A DNA stretch of 52,836 bases, the filler included, from Sphacelaria rigidula (taxonomy: Eukaryota): assembly GCA_964200075.2 (NCBI GenBank). It is 4 parts of 4 records of this genome, joined end to end, with 100 filler letters (N's around TTAATTAATTAA, not from the genome) between each part and the next. Parts side by side here need not be neighbours in the genome. Positions count along the whole stretch, not along the records: positions 26,471 to 39,603 come from CAXNAA020003122.1; positions 39,704 to 52,836 come from CAXNAA020003123.1; 2 more parts are not named here. One strand, written 5' to 3'. A program made the translations under genes and the position numbers. Position 1 is the stretch's first letter. Each line of letters opens with the position of its first letter. Below the pieces are notes generated by a model. That model made no database searches and had not been told where the DNA came from. It worked only from the letters and a program-made list of their open reading frames with translations. Below, piece by piece: positions 39,093 through 50,325 of the stretch.

Positions 39093-39603
39093 AGTGCCGT
39101 GTGTGCCCATAGCACCGTACAACGATCAGATCGCCGGTGCTATCTGCAGGTCACCTGGTAACCCCTCTTTCGATTCTCACACTCAGCTAGATTCACCTTG
39201 AGTTTCCTCTTTCCCACTCTGATTTTGCGCTATCAGTCGTCTGATGGCACTAGTCTGAGGCTGTAGCAATGTACGATATAGTGTTTGCTTTTTAATACTG
39301 GAACAGCGATTTTTTGCGGGGCACGAGCCGACGAGTTATCATAGCATTCGGGTGCGCTCTTCATGTTTGATACACAGGACCAGAGAGTGACGCATTTGCT
39401 CGTGCATTTGTACCTGTAGTCCAGCACAACTAGTTGACGAAGAGAACACTGAAGGCAGAAGCGGAGACACTACACAGTAGTACACAGATGGTTCCCATCT
39501 CCAGGGTCAGGGGTGAGGTCAAGCTAGGGCTGTGTTGAGTTGTAGTCTCGGAGTGTAGAGGACGAAAAACCCGAGGCCGGGGGCGGTCGGCATTGCGTTC
39601 GGC

Positions 39604-39703
39604 NNNNNNNNNNNNNNNNNNNNNNNNNNNNNNNNNNNNNNNNNNNNTTAATTAATTAANNNNNNNNNNNNNNNNNNNNNNNNNNNNNNNNNNNNNNNNN
39701 NNN
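39604..39703. other. Artificial contig spacer (N44-TTAATTAATTAA-N44)
   Basis: Same 100-nt structure. Confidence 0.97.
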
Positions 39704-39888
39704 TTATACACTGCCTCATGGGTGTCTCACCATTTAAACACTACGTAGTGCGATCATCCCCATTGTGCGGAGTTGAGGGGGAGAAAAAGACGCGTCTCCA
39801 AGAAGTCGAACCGTCAACTCTGGCCTTTTCCAAGACGTAACACCTAGACCACCGGCGCGCAGCAGTCGCAGGTAGGCATAATACACAC

Positions 39889-42426
39889 CTTTATTCCCGT
39901 TGTTAAGGCTATGCTGTAGAACTTGTTCATGATGGACGCCAGAAGTCCCATCCCTTGTCCTTTCCCAACGGGATTGCCCTCGAAGTTCCATGGGTTAGAA
40001 ACGCTCACCGCCCCCGCCAGGGGACGTCCCCCTTGCTTCCCCTCCTCTCCCAGGTACTTGACGAGAAGGTTTGCCCCCAGCGAGAATCCCACCGCAAATA
40101 TCGGCGCGGCGGGATATCTGACGGTTCGGAGTTCCGACAAAACAAAGAGGATTTGCACTCTCAGCCACAACAGGTGGCGGTGTGTAAGGTACTCCAAAAG
40201 TACTATATCCATTTTCAGGTCCTTCGGCCCGATAGCCCGATATACAGTACCGTACGACACAAGGCTTTCCAGTATTGTTGAGAGGGGCAATTGATTGATC
40301 GATTCATTGGTTGAATGACTGTCGCACAACAACTGATCCGAAACGAAGCTAACAGTGAGATCTACCCGAACGTGCTGCAGAGAGGGCATTCCTGACCACC
40401 CTATCTATTGATATATATATATTATAATGTAATTCCGTCACACCTCCCCTCCCTTCCCCCCCTTTTGTGATTGAGTGCGAGCCTGGCCCGGCGAAAGCCT
40501 GGCGTGCTACGTCCCGGCTTTGTAGGGATGCGAGGTCAACGGTCTCATGACTACGGCATGCATGATCATGAGTACACCCCCCTTTCCTCGGGACAAGTCC
40601 GTGGTCTCAAGGGATCAATCCACCATCCCATCTCTCTCCCCCGGACGTAAACGCCTTGCACGCTGGTCTCGCGGATTGGATCATGACTGTTATCAGCACT
40701 GGCTCCCGCACCGCGTCAACTATTCTCGTCGAACAAACTCAGACGAACTCTTTTTTCACATCCTTACGCTTTTACGGCGGAAATCAGATACTTCTTCTGC
40801 GAACAGAAGAGAAAAAAAAACGCATCTGGCGGGAATCGAACCCGCGTTCTTCGTACCCCATTATAACGGTACCGTTACACCACCGGAGCGCGGCGGCTAT
40901 GCGGTACGACTCCAGTTGTTGTCCCTGGTCCAGACACGGTAGGTACCATCACAGACCTTCGACGTATGTTGCAAACGGCCATCCGCACGTCGCCCGTATA
41001 GCTTCCGTTGTACGTCCAGCCGGAGGTGAGTCGAGTGCCGCCGCAGCCGCGGTGGTTCATCGCCACCGACCTCCATCCTCGCTCGTTCGCGCATTTCTGC
41101 CGAGGGGCGGCGAGGTTTCCAGATTACATGTAAGTCCGTGAAAAAAAAATAGGCTCGTGCTTGTTTTTGTTTCTTCTAAACAAACTGACTAGCTTCTCCT
41201 GCCATGTGACGAAAACACTTCAATGATTATCGAAGACCGACCCCCAGGAAATGACTAGAACAGTTGTTATTTGACACGAAAACATAGAGAATTGATTCAG
41301 TCAGTGAACACCGGTTTGTTCTTGTTTTTTTGTCATTTCCAACTTCAACACAAGACACAAGTCATCTTCTCGAACGTCATACTCCACCGTGACTTCCGCC
41401 AACCAACCCCTGCCTAGCGAGGCTATGCGATTCGAACCCTGGTTCATCTCTCTACAACCGTCGTTACCCCTGTCAAGGTGGGGGAGGGGGAGAGTACTCA
41501 TGATTTTGCATGCCGTAGTCATAAGACCATTGACCTCGCATCCCTACAAAGCCGGGACGGAGTACACCGGGTTTTCGCCGGACCAGGCTCGCGATCGTTG
41601 AGCGCGGAGCGCCGTGATATGTTAGGCGAGTCGCACGGAAGGCGAGCTGCATCCTGTTAAGATTGTTCGGCCCGAAGCGTACCGATTGTCTTGCGTGTGA
41701 GTGACAGCCTACAATGAGTTACTTCATTTTCTGGTATCGCCACTTCCAGAGACAGCCACGGGTTACACACTGCCTCATGGGCGTCTCTCACCAGATCAAG
41801 ACTACGGGTACAGTGGTTGAAATTTGGAACAAGAGAAGCAGTGCTGGCCGAAACAAGGAAGGTAAACAGACCTAATGGCCGGCGGGGGGAAATTGTACCG
41901 CGGAGTATAACACCCCCCACGACTCTAACCGCACCTACGGTTCAACGCGTGTGTTGCAACGACACGTGAAGTAAGAGCCGGTTCGTCGAAAACTTTCGAG
42001 TGTCTAGATGCCTCAAAGCACAATCATACATATCGGCCAACGGTCAAAAGCGAAGACAAAAACAAAAACATGAACAAAAGTAAAACAGTGGAGTCTATCC
42101 TTTCTCCTTGCCCCCCCCGCCCCACCCCGCCGCCGCCTCTCTAGTTTGCTTTCTCTTTTTTTCTTCTTCTATTTATTCATTATTTTTGTTCATTCCCTCG
42201 AGTTTCCTTGAAACGTTTATTCACCATGGGCACACCCATCTCGTGACCCCAGCTGCACGCGCAGCGGGTCAGTCAATACCCGACAAGAATGAATATATCA
42301 ATCAACACCTGCACGGACGATGAAATCATTCCTCACGTCCCATGTTTCTTCCCTCTCAAGCACTGGGGTGGACAAACGCACGCCGCCTAAACGCTGTATT
42401 TTCGAAGGCCCTCTCGTACGCAAGAT

Positions 42427-42512
<86 letters not shown>

Positions 42513-42760
42513 CAAGGCTTTTCCCTCCCGACCTAATCGTACTCGAACCTCCCCTTTTGCCTGAGGGATGTTGTTACACTCACGTCGCCTGCAGCACGGC
42601 TCACAGTTACCAACACTGAAACTCACCATCGCGTACAACACGCAAGCCTCATCGCTATGGCCGTTGAGCCCGTGGATTACCAGCAAGACTGGACTGTCCG
42701 TCGCAAGATCAGGCTGCGTGGCATCGAGATTGCTCCAGTCCATCGCGAAGTGTCCCCCGT
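39889..42760 (-). CDS. Alpha/beta hydrolase, ABHD1/ABHD3/YheT (EMB8-like) family, internal exons only: 42760-42627, 41096-40957, 40117-39889
   Basis: The spliced translation reads DGGHFAMDW...PVLLVIHGLNGHSDEACVLYAM|KCANERGWRSVAMNHRGCGGTRLTSGWTYNGSYTGDVRMAVCNIRRR|YPAAPIFAVGFSLGANLLVKYLGEEG...AVSVSNPWN. It has the HGLxG oxyanion motif, NxRGC and the GFSLG nucleophile elbow. Phases are compatible. The 5' exons were not resolved and the 3' end is lost at the contig edge. Confidence 0.9.
40685..40897 (-). mobile_element. tRNA-derived SINE-like element, family B, in an intron of the hydrolase gene
   Basis: On the minus strand it has A box TGGTGTAACGG, B box GGTTCGATTCC, a T-run, and then gttgacgcggtgcgg as in the 30294 copy. 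Confidence 0.65.
42433..42510. repeat. (CT)n(GA)n head-to-head microsatellite
   Basis: A CT run is followed directly by a GA run, making the tract self-complementary. Confidence 0.9.
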
Positions 42761-43265
42761 CTGGCAAACGACGAAAACCAAAGCGGCAGGTGTATGTGAT
42801 GGTTCGTGCGTGAACACGGCGGCGTTTTTCTACTTTGGCCTTCTTGACTGCGGAGCCTGTGGCGACCTCTATTGCTAGAGCAATTGAACGCTGAAATCAA
42901 GAGTCGCCCGCAAGTGTTCGCCTTGACGTGCGTAGATTCACAGGAAAATGACGATACTACTTCGCAGTCCAAGGATTACAATCTGACCAACGGTCAGGTC
43001 TCCATTGGACATGAGACTGACATAAGATGGACGAGTTTTCGGCCCGTGGCGTACTGGCTATCTTGCATTTGGATGAGAGCCTACAATGAGTTGCTTTTTT
43101 TCTGGTATCGCCACTTCCAGAGACAGCCACGGCTTTTACACTGTCTCATGGGTGTCTCACCATGGGGGGGGGGGGGGGGGGAGGGGGGGGGGGCCAAACA
43201 GTCCTTGTGGTTTTTGATAAAGGGGGGAAAGGGCCGCNNNNNNNNNNGTCGGGGGTGAGGGTTTA

Positions 43266-43311
<46 letters not shown>

Positions 43312-45134
43312 CGGGGGGGTCCGAACATGCATTCTGGTTCTTCATACTGTATCATGTAGCACTATATCATGTCAATAACAGAGGGACATACCTCATTGTA
43401 CAGCACTCTGGCATTTTGCGCGCAAACGTTTACAATGCATGATTTTTTCTTGTACAAACTTTGCTCTGGCTTCAACCCCCGTCCCACAGGATAACAGTGA
43501 TCTGAACCCTGATTCACTTCATTACTTCCCCGAGTCCCCTCTTTGTAGCCTACGGGTAGCACGAGCCCGCAAGATTTTGAGATTTCCAGCCACGTGATTG
43601 GCCGGAGCCGCCGCATACCTGTTTCTGGCCGGGAACACTTTACTCACTGTGTGAAAAAAAGGCAGTGTCTTGAGTTAGTTATCGCTAGTAGGTTGCCTCT
43701 TCACAAGAAAATTGTGGATGCGTGTAGTTACTTTGGAAAATATCATGTCCGGGCTCGCTGTTCCAAAGTCGTCCACACGGCTTTGCTGGGGTACTCGGGA
43801 GCGGACGGTCGTGATCAAGTTTGTGCGTACGTGGGGGGGGGGTATCCACCGTCATGAACGGCTGAACACGCCGGCGCGAACATAAGGGTAAGATATTCAT
43901 AGCGCCGGGGGCTTTCTCTTCCGAGAATGCGGCTTGATAGTTCCGCGGACACGTGAAGTATGACAAGTACAATCGATAATGGGCCTTCTTGTGGACCCCA
44001 GGCGCTAACTCAGACAGAAATACATTCTTGTTTTTGGAGTATGGACAGTTTAGCAGTCTGTGTCCATGATTGAGCACGCACGTTGGAGTTTCGGGGCGTT
44101 CTCTGTCTGTTGCGAAGACTCTCACATGGCCGCGTCCGTAGGCTACGGCTTATGAGCATAAAATGTTCATAAATGTCATAATACATGCGGTAATGGCAAC
44201 GTCCCCGCTCGGTCTGCTCCCACCCAGTCTTTGGTAAGGTTTCTCACTATGATGTGTCTCCCACCTGTGAGAACCCAACATCCCTTACAGTTCTGTCCAA
44301 GAACCTCTTTTTGGTTCTGTTCGTAGGAGCGTTCTAGCACCGAGGCAGGTTCCTCGGATGTCCCCGAGATCTTTGGAGGATTGTCTCTTTATCTCGGAAT
44401 GACGGGACAATGTCACACCGAATATGCGTAAGAGTCATAGAACGTTGTACGCACCAAACCCAGGGTGATCTACACGTTGAACTGAAGTGCAAGGCAATGT
44501 CTCTTGGTACATGGTCCCTTGATCTATGATGAGCTGTATGGATAGATTGCAGATCATCCCCACCTCGTCTCACTTATTTTCTCTTCGCCTCAACTCGGTC
44601 TGTCCTGCTCACTCGAGCTCTGCCCTGTCCCTCAACGCTACCGACGTAGGTCAACTGGCAAGAGCACTTTGCGTTTCGCAGAGAGAGCACGGGTTCAAGC
44701 CCCTTCGTCGGTCTTCTATCGTATACGACTCTCAATGACACGGATATACATATATACATATGTACATATACGGATGGCAACGACGGTTGTACACAAAGTC
44801 ATAAAATGGGTTGATTCGATTTTTTATTATTCGTCCCAAATCGGCTTGATTGAATCACTGATTTTCACCAGCTAGGGTTGATTACTTGATGAACCCTTAT
44901 ACCGCGGTGCGGGTGGTCCATCTAGCTCACGCATACTTTCTTCAAGTGAATATTGATGACGAATCAGCAGGTAATCTACGCTCGAGGTGAAAGCGTTAAC
45001 CCTTCGACTGCGAACCCCTCTCAGATGGACTGAGATGGATTATGCCACATTTCGGGTACAGAACAGCTACTTGCCCGCTACACAAAACGCCTTTTTTCAT
45101 GAACATGGATAATGGTCATCTGTACAGAAACTAC

Positions 45135-46583
45135 CACGGGCAGGTCGAGTATTCTCAGTACTCGGTATTCTTGAAAAGTCATACTTGTAGTACCCAAAAT
45201 TTGAGTCGAATATTTGAGGTCGTACTCAATCTACCCAAAATTTGAGTATAGAGTATTTGAAGTCATACTCAATCTACTCAAATTTGAGTAGAGTATTGAG
45301 GTTATATACCCAAGTGACACTCTACACTCAAGAATTTCTGAGGATACATACCCAATGTTTTAGTAAATTTTTGAGGTCGTACTCAATCTACCCAAGATTT
45401 GAGTCGAGTGATTTGAGATCATACTCAATCTATCCAAAATTTGAATCGAGTATTTGAAGCCATACTCAGACCAAGATTTGAGTAGACTATTGAGTTCATA
45501 CCCACGTGATGCTCTATACTCGAGTATTCCTGAGGATACTTACCCCAAAATTGAGTCGAGTATTTGAGGTCGTACTCAATTTACCCAAAATTTGAGTAGA
45601 CTATTTTAGGCCGTACTCAATCTACCCAGAGGATTTGAGTCGAGTATTCGAGGTCGTACCCAATCTACTCAAAATTTGGGTAGAGTATTTGAGGTCGTAC
45701 CCAATCCACGTGAAATTTGAGTAGAGTACATTCTCGGGAATTTTACCCGAGCACAGTATTCTTAAGTATTCACTCTACTCGACTCGACTTGCCCTTGCAC
45801 TGTTTCCACCGCCGGGTCGCCCATGAGGGAGTAAGATGTGCGGCACGTAGAGTTGGCCATTTTGAGGCAGTACCTACCCGACTATCCGTCTACTCGATTA
45901 CTCAATGATGATGAGTGTAGCGCTTTGTACTGAAATTGATGTCGAAGAGGTTGCCAGGTCTGAAGTATGTACTGCCACGGGTGGGAGTACCCGACTAGCC
46001 GTCTACTCGATTACTCTATTACCCAATGATGATGAGTATAGCGCTTCGTACTGAAACTCATGTCGAAGAGGTTGCGAGATATAAAATATGTACTGCCATG
46101 GGTGGGGGCAGGTGAGTTGGGGCAGGTGAGTTGGGGCAGGTAGGTTAGTTCACATGCACGTTTTCTTGTTTCATTGTAGCACACGGCGTAACGTCACTCA
46201 TCTCATGGGTGGCCATCGTTCGCCAATATATTCAACATAGTCTGTGAAGTGGCCTCACGAGGTCGCCGACGGTCACGGTTACTCATCATACCCAAGTGAT
46301 ACCCTATGCCTGAGTATTACTGAGAGTGCTTACCCAATATTTGAGTATTTGAGTAGAGTATTTGAGGTCATACTCAATCTACCCAAAAATTGAGTCGAGT
46401 ATTTGAGGCCGTGCTCAATCTAACCAAAAATTGAGTAGAGCATTTGAGGCCGTACCCAATCTGCTCAAAATTTGGGTCGAGTATTTAAGGCCGTACTCAA
46501 TCTGCTCAAAAACTGAGTACAGTAAACACTCGGGTATCTTACCCGAGTATACAAAAGTACATACTCTACTGGACCTGCCCTTG
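45135..46583. mobile_element. Non-autonomous hAT-type element (1449 bp) with an internal ~40-bp satellite
   Basis: TIRs CACGGGCAGGTCGAGTA and TACTCTACTGGACCTGCCCTTG match the family at 758-959. An 8-bp TSD GAAACTAC lies at 45127-45134 and 46584-46591. Internal tandem units read TTTGAGTCGAGTATTTGAGGTCGTACTCAATCTACCCAAAA. Confidence 0.85.
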
Positions 46584-47423
46584 GAAACTACCCCCGGAGA
46601 ACCCCTGACTGGTTGTTACCCTGTAGTCAAGCGCGTGCGGAGACAGTATGTGTGCTGTATGCCTTAGCTGGATACAGCGGGAAAAATCAAGTACGGAGTA
46701 TTAATAGCGTGCCCTCGCTGAACAGAAGTTCAATCATTGATCAACCCTTGGTCAACCCTTAGACAACGACCCCCCCTCACGTGGACAGCGATGGACTACG
46801 GTATGCCACATTTGGGGTTCAGAACGGCTTTTTCCTCGCTACACAAAACGTCTTCTTCATCGTCATGTGGACGCTGGGCATCTATATGGGAAGTAGTTCC
46901 GGAGAGCCCATGACCGGTTTTGACCGTGCAGTCAGTAGCGAACAGAGTCAGTATGTGTGCAGTATGTCTCCGCTGGATACAACGGCAAGGGACAGTCAGC
47001 GCGCCATCGCTCCCCACTTAACACACTTCACTGCATGCTGCTGATGCCTCTGCTTAGTGTTCAACAACGCTACAGACAGTGCTAAGCTATGCTGGCAACA
47101 CATGAGGCGTCAGACGCGCGGCACACCTCGAGCAAGGGTACAAAACACGTTATTTATACCCATATGATCTATGGTTGACTTGCCACGGCCAAAATAATCA
47201 ATACCGCTAGACAGCGTAGTAGTCAAGTACAATAGTCCACTTGTAGCCCACCTGTAGGGGAACTACATGCTCATTTTGACTGCCGTGATTGGTCAGAATG
47301 GTCATTCCGCGTCTCTCGAGTCTCGTTCCTGGCTTCGAATCTCCAACAAATCGGATAACCCAACTCAGGTTAACACGAGTTAACTCCTTTTCGCATAACT
47401 CACCAGTGAATTATAGCAACATC

Positions 47424-47675
47424 ACTCAGCGGTGCCCGTTCTGGCCGGGTGAGTTATAAACTGTAACTCAGCGATGCAAAATTTGGCCAGGTGAGTTATA
47501 GATTATAACTCAGCGGTGCACGTTCCGGCCGGGTGAGTTATAAACTATAACTCAGCGGTGTACATTGTGGCCGGGTTGGTTATAAACTGTAACTCATCGA
47601 TGCATATCTTGGTTAAGTGAGTTGTACAGTATAACTCAGCGGTGCATATTCTGGCAGGGTGAGTTATACAGCATA
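47424..47675. repeat. Six tandem 42-bp units with an internal inverted repeat
   Basis: Units start at 47424, 47466, 47508, 47550, 47592 and 47634. The consensus is approximately ACTCAGCGGTGCA.RTTYTGGCCGGGTGAGTTATAAACTRTA. Confidence 0.9.
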
Positions 47676-49532
47676 ACTGAGTTAATTCATGAGTTGTCCC
47701 ACGTGTGGAATCTTCCGCGGGAAACTCCTCAACACACATTATTGACTTGGTGAGCTTTTCCGCTGCTCTGCGGGCAGGCACCACCCTCCGTCAAAAACGC
47801 CCCGTGCTCCGTCTCGAAAGGGATGCGTGGTCAACGGTCAAACTAAGGCAAGCAAAAAGTGAGTACGCCCCCCACCCCCCTCGAAAACCATCCCCGCCGG
47901 ACACTGGAACCTCCGAATGTCTCCGGACTGTCAGCGTATGAATGTTCCGAGGCGACGCTGGCTGTCTGATGGTTAGTAGTTGGTGTACAACCCTAGTGGT
48001 AACGGCCCGGCGGGCCCAGACCCCCTGTTTCTACTGTTATGCCCGCAAATGGGGCCCGATTTTGGGCACTACATAGAGGGAAAATGGACCGACCAACGTC
48101 ACAGTCAGTTAAATACAGAAGAAATGAAACCTAAATGAGCCAATCAGTATCAATCACAAGTACCTGCGTCACTCGAAACGACGACGGCGCTCATACAGAA
48201 TGTACTATTGCTATAGTGCATTCTACAAAAACCCTGTGAGTGACGTTGCTGTACACCTGTGCACAGGGTTACAACAACAGGACGATAGAAGCTGCTGCTC
48301 GTGTTGCTGTTGTGCCCCTATTGTTGCAGTATGTTGTTGTCCTCATCTTTCAACGCGAATTTCTCGGCAACGAAGGAGAGGATTGGAACACGTTCTGGGG
48401 CTTGTCGGACCCGCTGTGGCGAATTGAGCAAATCCGCCGCGTCCCTGAATAGATCTAGGGTGTGTGCGGGGGGCTGTCAAGTGCCACAGACCGGTTTGCT
48501 TCCTGTCTCGAGAAAAATGCAATGAAAATATTACAGCTGTCGCATACCAGACCTAAATAACTTGGGATGGAGCGTGTGTTCTGCTCGGCCGAGGTTCGGC
48601 ACAGGTCCGACCAGTCTAGAGCCTGGTATCATATCAACTTTTCGAGATATAGTGCATCTATATAGAACCCTCCAGAAAAAGGTGATATGTCATAAAAGTT
48701 GATATATTTGTGGTCGAGTTCATATAGCCCATACTTTTCCATATATCGCTGTGAATGTGATATATTTGGGGTATATGATATATCGTGGTATGTATAGTAA
48801 AACAAATATTCATTTTATCTTTTTCGACGTTGACGAACCTTGGACGCAGGTGCACTTTTTTCACTTGATTTTAGACTACGGCGAAACGGTGTCATTCGGT
48901 CGTTCTCAGAAGCTCAGAGAGAAGAGCATTTGCTCTTACTTGATTTTAGAGTACAGCGAAACGAGGTCATTTCGTTCTCTCAAGCTCTGACAAAGCAGCA
49001 CTGCATGATTCCCCTTCAGGAGGTTTCGGGAGCATCGCTTCCCCGGCAGTGCTCTGCATGGTGTTTTCCGCCCTTCTTTCCTCGCCATGGCGACAGGCCC
49101 TTCGTGCGTTCATGTCACATCGCACACAGGACTGTCAGAATCGTTCCCAGAGGCTCTGAGACAGGTGCACTTTTTCACTTGCTTTTAGAATACGGCGAAA
49201 CGGGGTCTCTTTGTGACCCTTTGACTGCCGGAGATGCCACCTCTTACCGTATACAGGTCCCGTATTCCTTCGTGGAACCGGTATCGTTTTCACTTGAAAG
49301 TTGAATCAGAATCATGCTCAGTTGGATGGGTTGTGCGGAACGACTCTCCGTCCAATCTCGGCTCACACGGGGAGCATGTTGTGATCTTGCCCGCATGTCG
49401 AATCGTCTCGACTGTACTTCCCTTTTCCTGTCTCTGGACTGTTGTTGTTGCTGCTGCTTCTGCTCTGCCATACATGCGTTTTTTCGTCATGAGGTTCCGG
49501 CTTCTATTTTTCATATTTTAGTCGGCAGACGG

Positions 49533-50088
49533 TCGCTCGGGTGGCTCAGTTGGTAACCCCCAAACCTTATGGCGGTTGGGTCGTCGGTTCGAAGCTCAGT
49601 GCAGTCACACGATCTGGAATTTTTCTCACACCATGTTCAACAGTGGACGGCGACTACAAACAATGTTTTCGTGAGATTGAGAGTAGAGCGCTGATTAAGA
49701 GTGGCTTTGACTATTCGCTTCAACGTAGCCAGTTTTTCATTCCGTGCGTGCTTTTCTTCACCTCTAGCACTGACGTGTGCATACAGCTGCACGTCGATAT
49801 CTTGCTCAGGGGTATCAAGGGTCTCAGTGGCAAGCTCCTACAGTACGGAGAGCATCTTGAGCCTCGTGGAGGGGTATTTCGGGACTGAAACGATATGACT
49901 AATTGACCTCTTTTCACTCTCAATCGTATCTTCTATTCTCAATCTCACGAAAACATTGTTTACAGTATGTCGTGAGTAGACAGAATTCGGTTTCACGGTC
50001 GACGAGCGAAAGGGACCGCTGAACCCCTCTTGCGATGAAAAAGTAAGGCGACCACCACATAATTTCCTCTGTTGACCTCCCTTCTGTG
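49533..50088 (+). mobile_element. tRNA-derived SINE-like element, family A, interrupted by a MITE
   Basis: It has A box TGGCTCAGTTGG (49542-49553) and a degenerate B box GGTTCGAAGCT. It is colinear with 12861-13136 once 49657-49965 is removed. Confidence 0.75.
49657..49965. mobile_element. Tc1/mariner-type MITE, 309 bp
   Basis: TIRs are AAACAATGTTTTCGTGAGATTGAGA and TCTCAATCTCACGAAAACATTGTTT. TA flanks both sides. The empty site gactatgtcgtg is present in the sister SINE at ~12975. Confidence 0.8.
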
Positions 50089-50166
50089 TTACACGTAACG
50101 CACACAACTGCTGTATCAGCATGAAAATCGCATGGTCTCGGCTTCACTTCATTTGTACTGTTTGAA

Positions 50167-50325
50167 CCCTTTTGGGACCGGAATCCTAGAAACATGTGGT
50201 TTGCACGCAGGAGCGTTTCCATGAATCGGTAATATTTTTAGTTGGAAACGATTAAAAATGATGTCGATTCATACAAGGCCCCTGCGTGCATATCACATGT
50301 TCCTGGGGATCCTGTCGCAAAAGGG
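50167..50325. mobile_element. ~160 bp piggyBac-like MITE
   Basis: It reads TGAA|CCCTTTTGGGACCGGAATCCTAGAAACATGTG..TGCACGCAGG ... CCTGCGTGCA..CACATGTTCCTGGGGATCCTGTCGCAAAAGGG|TTAA. Confidence 0.7.

Noticed and set aside
47424..47675. CRISPR-like array
   Set aside because: The 'spacers' are homologous to each other, there are no cas genes, and the context is eukaryotic. It is a tandem repeat.
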